Virus record (IMG/VR): IMGVR_UViG_3300042887_005053
Coordinates: 62,001 to 126,000 of that record
DNA length: 64,000 nt
Reading direction: 5' to 3' (one strand)
How positions within the stretch are numbered: position 1 is the first letter of the stretch; each line of letters starts with the position of its first letter. Below are positions 11,301 through 20,516 of the stretch, one piece after another. Below the pieces are notes generated by a model. The model saw nothing but the letters and a program-made list of their open reading frames with translations. It was not told where the DNA came from and made no database searches. A program made the translations under genes and the position numbers.

Positions 11301-12297
11301 GATTCAACAACCTAATGGCCAATTTGAAGATGTTTCTATACAATATTCAACTGGTGTATTTAGAGAGGATGTTGACTACAAATATATTTATATAACAGAA
11401 GAATCTAAAAAATTAGTAGATGAAGCAAAAAAATACGAAGAAGAAGGTGACCTAAACAAAGCAGTAAGTTTGCTTGAAGATGCTGCTAAATTAGATCCAA
11501 ATAATTCATTTATTTTTGATAAGTTAGAACAACTTAAAAAGTTATCTGAGTTAATGAGAACTAATCCTATATTTGATTTTTTACTGAATATTGTTACTCT
11601 ACCCCTGAAGGTCATATTCAATGTAGTTGAATATATTATGAATTTTTTCAAATCTCTAACAAATCCATTTGAGTTACCAGGAGCGATTGCTGAATTTGTT
11701 TCATTCAAATGGTTAAAGGATTTGTTTGACCCAACAAGTAAAAAGAGTATGTTTGCACTGGCTGGTATATTATTTGATGTTCCAACTTTTACTAAAGAGT
11801 GGTTACCTAGTTTAATATCTGGTTCAAAAAACGAATTTGATTTCAATAAAATTATCAAACTTCCTTGGGTCATGAGACTTCCTAAATTTAGTTTAGAACA
11901 GTTTAGATTTTTGACATTTGGATACTATGGTAAACCAACTCCAAATTTGATACCTCTTCAGATGTTAAATGCAATTCTATCTTTAATTGAAAAAATAATA
12001 AATGCTTTTATAGATTTTGTCTGGAGTCTTTTAGGATTAGGTGCAATAATTGATCCACCCTATGTCAGACTAACGAGAGATTTTAATTTAGCAGAAAATA
12101 TGAGTCCAAAAGATATTTTGGATTTACTATCAGGTAATTATAAAGATCCAAACAGTGAAGAAAATTCAAATAAAGAGTACAACTTTGCTTATGAAATTAA
12201 GGCACCTGATGGTAGAGATATTAGAGATTTGAACTACGAAGAGTTACAAAAATGGGTAGATGAGAATAAAAACCTGCAATTTGTTTATAACTTTTAA
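8383..12297 (+). CDS. Large putative structural protein with one TPR-like helix pair and amphipathic helical ends
   Basis: 1304 aa; TAATATATA at 8370; EEEGDLNKAVSLLEDAAKLDPNN is TPR-like; internal repeat YSTGxFxxxVDYxYIY occurs twice. Confidence 0.55.
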   Translation: MALVNFSIPNIPSFKSTTPSPKPILFVPDVEKLIKFAQGDLGIADSIRTSMIVTNIAKCTDPFQLESFLKAAGGKLKNPIESYFQDGRLTFDPSDLSIDPKPGDLGGLKSLEKALFQSIFDTQKPYVEIIKLVTENLVKIEDIVARVLAAGGSSMKPADNPKALGYKGNSEVAQSMFKLQSLAKPSTSNQNQNQNQDQNVESNTPEEKTAEVLPPGFSYATQSILYSTGEFDPTVDYTYIYKDFKDDSIVLPDGTASATANQDDEKPKVVVFGIFDSTWKPLQSSFIDTPIQTANSNGTVQKNVNWLKRSNKWFNKFDQYVEGTDFSYQTDADGNIIYYGSNEGPSVTLEGETKYVKEGFPKLSVKNGLISSYRNYYIDETRIKLSKREDLSVQERQNIISEIGKTIDKTDSTGIPNLQNVIEGNLKNSFCSITNENNTPGLPADFITNAKFPFKPKKITYNSKEVWIDPEAQYDLKIIKCDSSIDIKYLDIEGDSSKTVSTQILRFVKKSLVIRLSNDENFDYILTGTTDTIPLQDNTNEFVLDNHSDSSAYSIEIRQSKIPNEYSDGISWDEIIGNTTTGNRFTLTTSNGTSRLSISFLDSQVQNPTFNDSYILPNGKKFFVDDSGVLLYTEIYNGSLSDYLPSNLEKNTVIINMSDFSLTETRGIIPPNLIRVKDTNYKFGKLISNTQITNEQLVTTNPYSKNGLYGTPNIKNQNIEQIYRYMITEDDTETYYIVEGILSSDNKQKLNAPNGGSSTNASGNSPDSGDYSLPDVVGAFPIFIEMLVDIFSKLIPLINQFINTIKNPTQIVFNIIVAKMGDAFGTEAPKFGFFSSDFLNDLRKLRKIEDDDVTERAKKMREFVNNSKLFNYVNIDENANPRFILDGIATVKLFGDAPGLSSLPGIKFGIESNLTSLASSDPKEPFKLVFQGPTVNTLKSIPELSGLVANLENLKSSALSNVNLEPKLEIPSEIQQPNGQFEDVSIQYSTGVFREDVDYKYIYITEESKKLVDEAKKYEEEGDLNKAVSLLEDAAKLDPNNSFIFDKLEQLKKLSELMRTNPIFDFLLNIVTLPLKVIFNVVEYIMNFFKSLTNPFELPGAIAEFVSFKWLKDLFDPTSKKSMFALAGILFDVPTFTKEWLPSLISGSKNEFDFNKIIKLPWVMRLPKFSLEQFRFLTFGYYGKPTPNLIPLQMLNAILSLIEKIINAFIDFVWSLLGLGAIIDPPYVRLTRDFNLAENMSPKDILDLLSGNYKDPNSEENSNKEYNFAYEIKAPDGRDIRDLNYEELQKWVDENKNLQFVYNF

Positions 12298-12743
12298 CGA
12301 TAGACCTCTATCATTTTTTCAACATGTCTTATAATCCAAGGCTCAACAACTGGTAATTGATTTAAGAAATCTAATTCATAGTTATAAGCTCTAAATTCTT
12401 CTAATTTCGGATCAATCAATATTTTTTCATTGTACACAAAAAGGTGATATGATTCATGTACAATTAAAGATGATATATTTGTTATTGAATTAATCTTCAG
12501 GTCTTTTGTATTTATAACAATCGTATTTGGAGGAAATGTTGTTGAAGAAGTGCCAATTATATAATCGATATTCTTGCAATACTTCACAACCATATTATAT
12601 TTTACCTCGTCATATCTCTTTATTAGGTAGAGAGCACTATCGACTTTTTGCTTGTAATTACTGACATCACTTATCTTTATTTGTGAGAATAAATTAAGTG
12701 TATTAAGTAATAAAATTAAAATTATGGCATTTTTGATATACAT
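12294..12743 (-). CDS. Exported zinc metallopeptidase-like protein
   Basis: Signal peptide ending ..FSQ; LIVHESYH (HExxH) and downstream EEFRAY. Confidence 0.65.
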   Translation of the reverse strand: MYIKNAIILILLLNTLNLFSQIKISDVSNYKQKVDSALYLIKRYDEVKYNMVVKYCKNIDYIIGTSSTTFPPNTIVINTKDLKINSITNISSLIVHESYHLFVYNEKILIDPKLEEFRAYNYELDFLNQLPVVEPWIIRHVEKMIEVYR

Positions 12744-13177
12744 TCTTGAACTCCTTTTTTGATTGCCGATGAAACAGTAGTTTTAGAAAATGGAACTTTT
12801 CCATCTGTTAATTCAATAAATGAAGCTCTGACTTCTGTATCTGATTCTCCTATACCTTCATATATCTGATCTTTGTGATAGAACCTAATACCAACCTGAG
12901 TTATTTGATTTGTTTTTTCCATGCCACCTATTCTTAAAGATTTTTTAGGAACACCAAAGTAGAAAACTTCAATTTTAATTGGAGAACCATCATCTGATAA
13001 GCAATATTTGTTTGACAGCTCATCTTCAGCCATTTGCTTAATACCGAAACAGATGTTCCTGTTGCCAAGTTCTTTAACCTTGGCAGTAGAATAAACTGTG
13101 TCAATAAAAACACAATCTTGTGCATAAAATATATTTGTAATTAAGATAACTAAGATTGATAAAATAATTTTTTTCAT
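12722..13177 (-). CDS. Exported protein, short paralog of the CsgG-like protein
   Basis: Signal peptide ending YAQ; aligns by eye with 16818..17540. Confidence 0.6.
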   Translation of the reverse strand: MKKIILSILVILITNIFYAQDCVFIDTVYSTAKVKELGNRNICFGIKQMAEDELSNKYCLSDDGSPIKIEVFYFGVPKKSLRIGGMEKTNQITQVGIRFYHKDQIYEGIGESDTEVRASFIELTDGKVPFSKTTVSSAIKKGVQECISKMP

Positions 13178-13186
13178 TTCTATTTG

Positions 13187-14896
13187 TTAATTTTGTTTTC
13201 CAGTTTTTATTAGGTAAAAATTAGTAGTTCCGTTATTAACTGGTGATTGTATTGTTACTGTTTGTGACCCAGGTATTGTATTTCTGAGATCTGTATTACT
13301 ATTTTGTATTGTAGACCACTCAGATGTAGTAAATATTCTATAGTTAGGTAAAGGACTTATCCAGCTAGTGAATCTATCATTTATTCTTGCATAAATGTAA
13401 TAACTATCACTTACACTAATCTTACCATCATTGTTGACATCAAATAGATAAAATGATTTAGATGTAGGATTTATTGATCCTAAGACAATAGAAGATGTAG
13501 ATTGAAAATCTAAGACTGATGGTTTGTCAATCGTAAGATTCGAAATTTCAAAATAATATTCTGTCATAGGATTACTTGGTTTACTGATTGTGTATTTACC
13601 AGTCAAATCTGTATAGACTGTTTCATCAAGTATCCAAGAACTAGTCGTTATGATATTATCAAATTCTATAACATAGTTTAATGATACATAATCTGGTAGA
13701 TCGTTCCAAAGACCACCACCAACAAACTGTGCGTAATTTTCACCTCCTGAGTTGTTTGGTTCTCCTCCGTTCCAGTTATTATAAATAGTTCTTCCAAATC
13801 GAGCTTGTGATTTCATGAATACTCTTTTAATTTCATCATCAGTAAGAGCGACATTGTGTACCTCAAATCTACCTATTCTACCGTCAAAAAATAAACCAGA
13901 TCCCATATTTGTAACATCAGAACCAGCTAAGAAATAATGTAAACCGTTTCCATTTGCATATGGTGTTTGTCTTGAAAAGGCAACTTGTGAGAAATAAATA
14001 CCATTAAGATATCCTTTAAGAGTTGTACCAGAATATGTTAATGTTACCATGTTCCAACTTCCCACCGAAATCGTTGTTGATATTTGACTAATACCACTAC
14101 CATTCCAAAGACCAAGTCTTAGAGTTGCTGTCGTTCCATTTGAACCAGTGACTTCGATGTTTGAATCATGCCAACCGGAATTGATTGATTGTGCTCCTCT
14201 TTCTGAGACTATTACGCCGTTACCCCAAGCAAGTACCCAAATGTTTAGAGTAAGATCTTTAGATGATACTGGAAAATTTGCGGCTAAATTTCTAGTAGCC
14301 ATATATCCTTGTGGATTAGCTGCACCACCAGTATTGAAGAACATAAAGTCTCCTAATAAGGTTGAGTATCCATATCCATTTGTTTGACTTCTAAAGAGAT
14401 CGGCGTGAACTGTACCTGATAAGTTATTAACAACAGTACCACTACCACTGTAAGATCTATTTACACTGAAATCATAATCAGCTACTTTTCCTCTAGTTAC
14501 ATCAGATTCTGTCCATGACCATCCACCACTTGGCTCAGAGTAGTAGTCTGATGTGACATCTTGTGAATATCCTATCCAACCAGAGGGCCAAGTATTGAAT
14601 AAGAATGAGTTTTCACTTGCATCTGAGATAGTGGCTAGATGACCATTCATGGACTCACAGATTGTCTTGGAATTAGTCCAAGTATTAGTTGTTGTTGAAC
14701 GATAGTATGAGTGTCCGTTATAGTTTGTTTGAGCTGTAAATCCAGTCAGATTAGATGTGGTTCTTTTGTATATTTTTACTGGTATACCTGATACACCAAC
14801 ACCATCCTGATTGTAAATATATCCAGAATAGTTTAAATTTTGTGAAAAAACTATTGAGTGAAGTAATAAAAGAAGTAATAAATTTAGTATTTTCAT
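13187..14896 (-). CDS. Exported C-type lectin / LamG / dockerin-like protein
   Basis: Signal peptide; CTL motifs (GHSYY, GHLATI, WIG, GEPNN, WND); LamG-like core; DVNNDGKISVSD Ca-binding loop. Confidence 0.75.
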   Translation of the reverse strand: MKILNLLLLLLLHSIVFSQNLNYSGYIYNQDGVGVSGIPVKIYKRTTSNLTGFTAQTNYNGHSYYRSTTTNTWTNSKTICESMNGHLATISDASENSFLFNTWPSGWIGYSQDVTSDYYSEPSGGWSWTESDVTRGKVADYDFSVNRSYSGSGTVVNNLSGTVHADLFRSQTNGYGYSTLLGDFMFFNTGGAANPQGYMATRNLAANFPVSSKDLTLNIWVLAWGNGVIVSERGAQSINSGWHDSNIEVTGSNGTTATLRLGLWNGSGISQISTTISVGSWNMVTLTYSGTTLKGYLNGIYFSQVAFSRQTPYANGNGLHYFLAGSDVTNMGSGLFFDGRIGRFEVHNVALTDDEIKRVFMKSQARFGRTIYNNWNGGEPNNSGGENYAQFVGGGLWNDLPDYVSLNYVIEFDNIITTSSWILDETVYTDLTGKYTISKPSNPMTEYYFEISNLTIDKPSVLDFQSTSSIVLGSINPTSKSFYLFDVNNDGKISVSDSYYIYARINDRFTSWISPLPNYRIFTTSEWSTIQNSNTDLRNTIPGSQTVTIQSPVNNGTTNFYLIKTGKQN

Positions 14897-14898
14897 AA

Positions 14899-16818
14899 TT
14901 AAAGTATAAATCTTGTGCCCATTAATATTGTGTAGTTTAGAACATTTTCTTTAATAGCATATGCTCCTCCTATATTTATATTAAATTTAAATGTCTTTGT
15001 AATTGAAATATTCGTTCCAACAATAGGTAAAATAACATGAGGTGATTTTAGAAGAATATCATTATAATATTTTACATAAGGTGCATATACATAAAGTCCA
15101 ATAAGTTTTACATCAAATCTCTGATTGACTTTCCAATCATACATGGATCCTGCTATAAAAGCAGTACCAATAAATTTATTTTCATAAACATTCCCATAAG
15201 AGGTGGTAACTAAATAAACTAATTTTAAATTTTGTGGTTTCTGAAACTTCCACATTTGACCAATTGCTAGGGTTCCATATATAGACTTCTTCGCATCTAA
15301 TCCAAATGTAACTGATGTACAAGCAAGATCAATTCTTTTTTCAGTTAAGTTTGCATAAAATCCCATAACATTTGGACCTTTAATTGAGCTAGTATAATCA
15401 GCCATAATGCCATGAACTTTAAGTCCATCCCATCTCATAGATGTATAACCGCCAGAGATTTTTGTTCCATATTTTATATCATTATTTTGAAAATTGAATC
15501 CAGCATAATCACTAGCCAAGATAACAGTAGGTTTACCATTATTTGATGTTGACTTTTCGACAGAGTTAACTGAATTACCAACAACATTCACGGATCCACC
15601 ACCTTTTTCTTCAGCTTTGTTTTCTGTTGTATTGTCACCGGGTAATTGTTCACTTTTCTTTAGTTCACCATTCTGAGATGTTCCATTATTAGAGTTTGTC
15701 GTATTCGAACTATTTTCTGATGACTGATTGTTATTAGTATTTGAAGAATTATTCGGATTCTGAGATGTTGAATTGTTATTTGCAGTTGATGAATTATTTT
15801 GAGGTGACTGGTTGTTTGTATTGTTAGCAGAATTCTGAGATGATTGAGTATTAGTATTTGATGAGTTACTTTGAGATGATGTATTATTCGACTGCTGATT
15901 AGTATTGGTATTTAATGAATTTGAAGAGTTATTCGATGACTGATTACCATTAACAGTTGTTTGATTATTATTAGGATTTTGAGTATTACTGGTCTGATTA
16001 TTACTCTGATTATTAGTTTGGTTGTTGTTAGGATTTTGAGTATTAACGGTCTGATTATTACTCTGATTATTAGTTTGGTTATTAGTTTGATTATTATTAG
16101 AATTTTGACTACCAGATTGATTATTAGTCTGTAAATTACTATTTTGTTGACTATTTGTAGTTTGATTAGTGTTATTAGTCGTTGTATTTTGATTATTCGA
16201 ACTATTATTAGTAGAATTTGAGTTACTAGATTGTTGTGAATTACTCGAATTTGAGCTACTCTGATTTGTTGAATTTGATTGTTGATTGATGTTATTATTT
16301 TTGTTATCTGAATCACCACTCATCTCAATCCCGGTATTTTGACTTTCGTTATTTTTCTTTTTTGATTCTTCACTTTTACTAGTACCATTCAATGTGGCAT
16401 CTAAAAGATTCATGCTACTATTTCTCATATTAGCGGCGTCTTGAACCGCTGAGAGTGAGTTTAATATACTTATGAAATTAAGTGCTGTGGTTTGTCCAAT
16501 ATTTATAGCAGTAGGTAGTCCTACAATACTCGCACAAGGATTATTACCACCAAATGAATTATAAACATCATCTGCCCAATTCTCAAATGATCCATTGTAG
16601 AAGTCATTTGATTGAAATGTTTGAATCTGACCATAGTAAGAGACTGTTATTCCATTACTGGGTACACTTAGAGTTTTCTTGACACCGGTACAAGGATCGA
16701 TATAAGAATATTGAAATGTTGATTGTGAAAAAGTGGTGAAATTTAAAAAAGAAAATAGTAAGGTAATTAATACGCCTATTACCTTACTATTTTTTCTTTT
16801 GAATTTCTCATATAACAT
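14899..16818 (-). CDS. Exported protein with long N/Q/S/T-rich region and C-terminal beta-barrel-like domain
   Basis: Signal peptide; about 210-aa polar low-complexity tract; alternating beta-strand pattern ending YTILMGTRFIL. Confidence 0.65.
   Translation of the reverse strand: MLYEKFKRKNSKVIGVLITLLFSFLNFTTFSQSTFQYSYIDPCTGVKKTLSVPSNGITVSYYGQIQTFQSNDFYNGSFENWADDVYNSFGGNNPCASIVGLPTAINIGQTTALNFISILNSLSAVQDAANMRNSSMNLLDATLNGTSKSEESKKKNNESQNTGIEMSGDSDNKNNNINQQSNSTNQSSSNSSNSQQSSNSNSTNNSSNNQNTTTNNTNQTTNSQQNSNLQTNNQSGSQNSNNNQTNNQTNNQSNNQTVNTQNPNNNQTNNQSNNQTSNTQNPNNNQTTVNGNQSSNNSSNSLNTNTNQQSNNTSSQSNSSNTNTQSSQNSANNTNNQSPQNNSSTANNNSTSQNPNNSSNTNNNQSSENSSNTTNSNNGTSQNGELKKSEQLPGDNTTENKAEEKGGGSVNVVGNSVNSVEKSTSNNGKPTVILASDYAGFNFQNNDIKYGTKISGGYTSMRWDGLKVHGIMADYTSSIKGPNVMGFYANLTEKRIDLACTSVTFGLDAKKSIYGTLAIGQMWKFQKPQNLKLVYLVTTSYGNVYENKFIGTAFIAGSMYDWKVNQRFDVKLIGLYVYAPYVKYYNDILLKSPHVILPIVGTNISITKTFKFNINIGGAYAIKENVLNYTILMGTRFIL
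15680..16300 (-). repeat. Asn/Gln/Ser-rich coding low-complexity repeats
   Basis: Repeated NNQT/NNQS units and two copies of NNNQTNNQSNNQTxNTQNPNNNQT-type units; boundaries approximate. Confidence 0.85.
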
Positions 16819-17540
16819 TATGACCTAAAAATACCTTTTTTGATCATTCTTGAAACTATTCTCGAAGAAGCCGTCTCAAGTGACTTTTTCGTAGTTATAC
16901 CAATAGTTGATTGATTGAACTTTACTTCTGTGTCATCTACTCCATCTAATATTGAAGCAGTTTTAATTGTACTAGCTTCACCTAATCCAGAACCAACTAT
17001 TACTTCTCCAGTTTCAGCATCAACAAATTTTACTTGTAGACCCAATCTAGTTGTCTGTGTAGTCTTCGATTCGCCATTTATCTTTACAACCTCATCCTCT
17101 GAGACCGAAAAGTCATAAACTTCAATATAAACAAAGTATTCAGCAAGTTTTATTTTACCTCTACCATCAACTTTATTTTCGGTGAATCCTTTATCAGATG
17201 CTTTGAATTGATTGACCATTCTTTCTTTTATTTCAAGTTTATCTTCAGTGAAAACAAATCTACCAGTATATTCTAAATACTCAAGTACTATGTTTGTAAC
17301 ACCAAGACCAACTCTTTTGTCTTTCAATTCTGGGTACATTGAATATAACTCTTCATTGATTCCGATTTTTAATAATTGAATTGGAATAACTATTGAATCA
17401 GTATAGTCTGATACCACATCTATAGATTGTTGTTTCTCAAAAGCAGCTTGGTATTGCTCAGTCTTAACACTACCGACAGGCTGAGCAATACTAGCTATTG
17501 AAAAAATCATATAAATTAAGAGTAAGCCTAATTTTTTCAT
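16818..17540 (-). CDS. CsgG/HfaB-family exported protein
   Basis: Signal peptide; L..TGRFVFTE, AEYFVYIEVYDF, LQVKFVDAETGEVI pattern typical of the CsgG fold. Confidence 0.7.
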   Translation of the reverse strand: MKKLGLLLIYMIFSIASIAQPVGSVKTEQYQAAFEKQQSIDVVSDYTDSIVIPIQLLKIGINEELYSMYPELKDKRVGLGVTNIVLEYLEYTGRFVFTEDKLEIKERMVNQFKASDKGFTENKVDGRGKIKLAEYFVYIEVYDFSVSEDEVVKINGESKTTQTTRLGLQVKFVDAETGEVIVGSGLGEASTIKTASILDGVDDTEVKFNQSTIGITTKKSLETASSRIVSRMIKKGIFRS

Positions 17541-17548
17541 TTTATTAA

Positions 17549-18100
17549 TTAATTTTGTTCTTCATCTGTTACATCACCACTGAAGTCTCTAGGTTCTTGA
17601 TAGTTAGGCTCTTCTTCTACATATGTGTCAGTAGTATTCTCTTCAACAAATGTATTTGTCTCTTGAGTTGGCTCATTCACTACTGTAGATTCAGAAGGTG
17701 TTGGTACATAAGATGCCTGAGATGTTGGTGGAGTTGGTGTCTTAGGTGAAGTGTATTCAGCAACATTTGATAGACTGTTACCGTCTTCTTCGTCAACTTT
17801 CTGAATCAACATTTTATCTCTGTCTTCTGAATTGAACCAATAATCAACAACTTTATTTAAGTTACCAACAAATGCACCTAATAATATAAGTAACATTTCT
17901 TTCCAGTTCTCTTGTATTTCCACACTGAAAAATACTGCTGAGTTTATACCAGCTATTATGAAGAAGAATAGAAATAATACAATTACCGTGATTCTCCATC
18001 TGTTAGCTTGCATTTGTTGTAACATATAGTAGAATCTATTTTTATCCTCTACTTTTACATATCCAGTTTCTCCGAATACTGTTCTTTTGAATTTTGACAT
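17549..18100 (-). CDS. Two-TM membrane protein with acidic P/T/E-rich tail
   Basis: Two hydrophobic helices (ITVIVLFLFFFIIAGI; MLLILLGAFVG). Confidence 0.65.
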   Translation of the reverse strand: MSKFKRTVFGETGYVKVEDKNRFYYMLQQMQANRWRITVIVLFLFFFIIAGINSAVFFSVEIQENWKEMLLILLGAFVGNLNKVVDYWFNSEDRDKMLIQKVDEEDGNSLSNVAEYTSPKTPTPPTSQASYVPTPSESTVVNEPTQETNTFVEENTTDTYVEEEPNYQEPRDFSGDVTDEEQN

Positions 18101-18117
18101 AGTTTTAATTTATTTTT

Positions 18118-18447
18118 TTACCAAGGAGAATCTTCGGTCTCACTTTTTTTCTCTTGCTTTTTCTCTACTGGCTTTTCAACAACAGTTTCTTTGATGATTG
18201 TTGTTGTACCACCGGATTTTTGTTGTTGTGTGTTCTCTTGATTTTGTTGAACATTTACAACTACTGGAGCAGGAGCTGGTTGTACTTGTTCAGTCTTAGT
18301 AGATTCTTCATCATCTGAGTGTCCACCGAATAGGGTTGTTGAGATCCATACTCCGCCTCCGGCGATTACTGTTGTTAAAGTACCAATGATAGTCTTTTTT
18401 AGACCTGACCAAGTACCATCGTTTGTCTCTTGTGTTTCTTCTGACAT
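18118..18447 (-). CDS. Single-TM membrane protein
   Basis: TIIGTLTTVIAGGGVWIS hydrophobic segment; Q/P-rich tail. Confidence 0.6.
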   Translation of the reverse strand: MSEETQETNDGTWSGLKKTIIGTLTTVIAGGGVWISTTLFGGHSDDEESTKTEQVQPAPAPVVVNVQQNQENTQQQKSGGTTTIIKETVVEKPVEKKQEKKSETEDSPW

Positions 18448-18456
18448 AATTTTAAT

Positions 18457-20382
18457 TTATTTTTTTATTATTTTACAAGTTTGTGATTGTGAATTAGCTT
18501 TCATATTTGCAAAGTACAAACCACTTGAAAAATTCGATATATTATCTTGATAGATATATTTACCAGCTGGCATATCCTGATTTATAATCATCTGATTAGT
18601 GACACCGTTCGGATCTGAAATATAAATCAAGACCGCTCCTGCATTTTTTACTTCAAACTCCAATGTTATCTCTCCAGTTGTTGGATTTGGATAAACTTGA
18701 AAAACTTGATCGTTCTGACCAGCAACTTTAGTGACAACCACAACACCATTTGAAGGGTTAATATTTAAATCTTTTGAAAATTCATTTCCTGAGAACTTTC
18801 TTGTTGTAAATAATGGTGAAAAATCCCAGTCACTTTGAGGTTGTTTAGCTAAAAATCTTAGTGTAAAGATTTGATCATCATTATTAACTAAATACTCTAG
18901 TTCAGCTGTTGGGTCATATCCACCCCATTCAATAGTATTATCTCTAGTATTTAAGAATGTCAACCACATCATAGTTTTCTCAGAATTCAAAATATCTTTG
19001 AACTCAAGAATTTCAGGATTATACATTACAGCAAGTTGTAAAGAAGATACTTGTTCACCATTAGTTAAAACTTTAACTGGTACTTCAACTAAGTTTCCTT
19101 CACTAACAGTGAGACTCGGCATATTTATTTCTATATCAGATGTTGGAAAATCGTACTGAACTCTTAAATCAATAACATTCTCTGTTGCTGATGGATATTC
19201 TGGGTGGTTTACTTCAACATTTATTGGTGTCAAACGAGCCATGTGGAAACCAGTACCATTTGCATCACCAGGAACTAAAACATAAAATTGAACTGAACTT
19301 GGTTGACCAGGTAAAATATTATACACAAAGTTTGTAACACCTGATATAGAAGATGTATAGTTATTTGTTGGATTTGTAGTAATAGTATTAAACTCTGTTT
19401 GTGTAAAAAACTTTATATCAGATGTAGAGTTAGGCCAAGTTGTAAATCTACCAGCAATTCTACCAAATACGCCATAAGCATCACTAATGGTTACATTGTT
19501 ACTTGAGTTCACATCAGCACTGTAAAAATCAAATCCAGATGGATTAGATGTGCCTAAAACCCATTGATTGATCAACTCAGCATCTGCAGTTGAAATTACA
19601 TTACCAACATTCATAGTGTCTCCTTGAACTGAAATCCTTACATCAAAGAATGTGGTATCGATTGATTCATTAAAAGAAAAATAACCATCTACATTTGTAG
19701 TGTATGTATCATGTATAGACCAAACGCTACCTGTTTTTGGTTTCTTTTCTAAAGCAACAGATAAATTCTTAGCACCAGATCCAGTAACATTTGTGAATGT
19801 GCCTGAAAAATTCAAAGTGTGTAAAAGAAAGTTACCACCATAATTATGTAAACTAAGAGGTAGATCGAAACCTGGTTGAGTCGCAACATAACTTGTGTAG
19901 TTATTAGTTGGTATTAAAGTCGTCCAACTAAGATTGTTTATACTTGTTATATTTGTAAATATAGAACTCTCAACATGCTCAAAGGTCAATTGGAATGTTT
20001 CTCCATTTGATAAACTAAAAGTGCTACTATTACCGGTATAAACTAAAGTAATTGTTATATAACCTTGAGCATTGTTGTCTACATATTGTAAATAAAGATT
20101 CGATGAAGACCCAACTAAATTTACACTACAAGATGTAAAAGCTGTGTTATCATAGAACACTCTAAACTGAGTACCTGTTGTTAAAGTAGTTGTAGTATTT
20201 TGTAGGGTTATCAAAGCAACTGTTTGGCCTTGATTAGTAGTACCAACTGTATAGTTAGTATCGATAATAGCCCAAATGCCATTACTTGGCGCAGGTGGTC
20301 CACTTTGTGAGTAAAGTGAAACTGGTAATGTAGACAACAATGTCAAGATTACCACCGAAAGGACGGATTTCAGTAGTTTCAT
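18457..20382 (-). CDS. Cohesin/dockerin-like protein with T9SS C-terminal sorting domain
   Basis: Signal peptide; two cohesin-like domains (QFRVFYDNT; VEVPVKV..SLQLAVMYNPEILEF); DVNSSNNVTISD; C-terminal VYPNP...GLYF...KIIKK. Confidence 0.8.
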   Translation of the reverse strand: MKLLKSVLSVVILTLLSTLPVSLYSQSGPPAPSNGIWAIIDTNYTVGTTNQGQTVALITLQNTTTTLTTGTQFRVFYDNTAFTSCSVNLVGSSSNLYLQYVDNNAQGYITITLVYTGNSSTFSLSNGETFQLTFEHVESSIFTNITSINNLSWTTLIPTNNYTSYVATQPGFDLPLSLHNYGGNFLLHTLNFSGTFTNVTGSGAKNLSVALEKKPKTGSVWSIHDTYTTNVDGYFSFNESIDTTFFDVRISVQGDTMNVGNVISTADAELINQWVLGTSNPSGFDFYSADVNSSNNVTISDAYGVFGRIAGRFTTWPNSTSDIKFFTQTEFNTITTNPTNNYTSSISGVTNFVYNILPGQPSSVQFYVLVPGDANGTGFHMARLTPINVEVNHPEYPSATENVIDLRVQYDFPTSDIEINMPSLTVSEGNLVEVPVKVLTNGEQVSSLQLAVMYNPEILEFKDILNSEKTMMWLTFLNTRDNTIEWGGYDPTAELEYLVNNDDQIFTLRFLAKQPQSDWDFSPLFTTRKFSGNEFSKDLNINPSNGVVVVTKVAGQNDQVFQVYPNPTTGEITLEFEVKNAGAVLIYISDPNGVTNQMIINQDMPAGKYIYQDNISNFSSGLYFANMKANSQSQTCKIIKK

Positions 20383-20516
20383 AATATAAATATTTTTTTA
20401 TGACTTATATATTTTCATTTTAAAACAAAAAAGAATTCGCTATCTAAATTTTAGAAAATAAACCAACTTTTATTTTAAAAAAGTATATAAAGTCAAAATT
20501 TAATAAATTTATAATA

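Noticed and set aside
15912-16319. 135-aa Ile-rich ORF
   Set aside because: Alternate-frame shadow of the N/Q/S repeat tract
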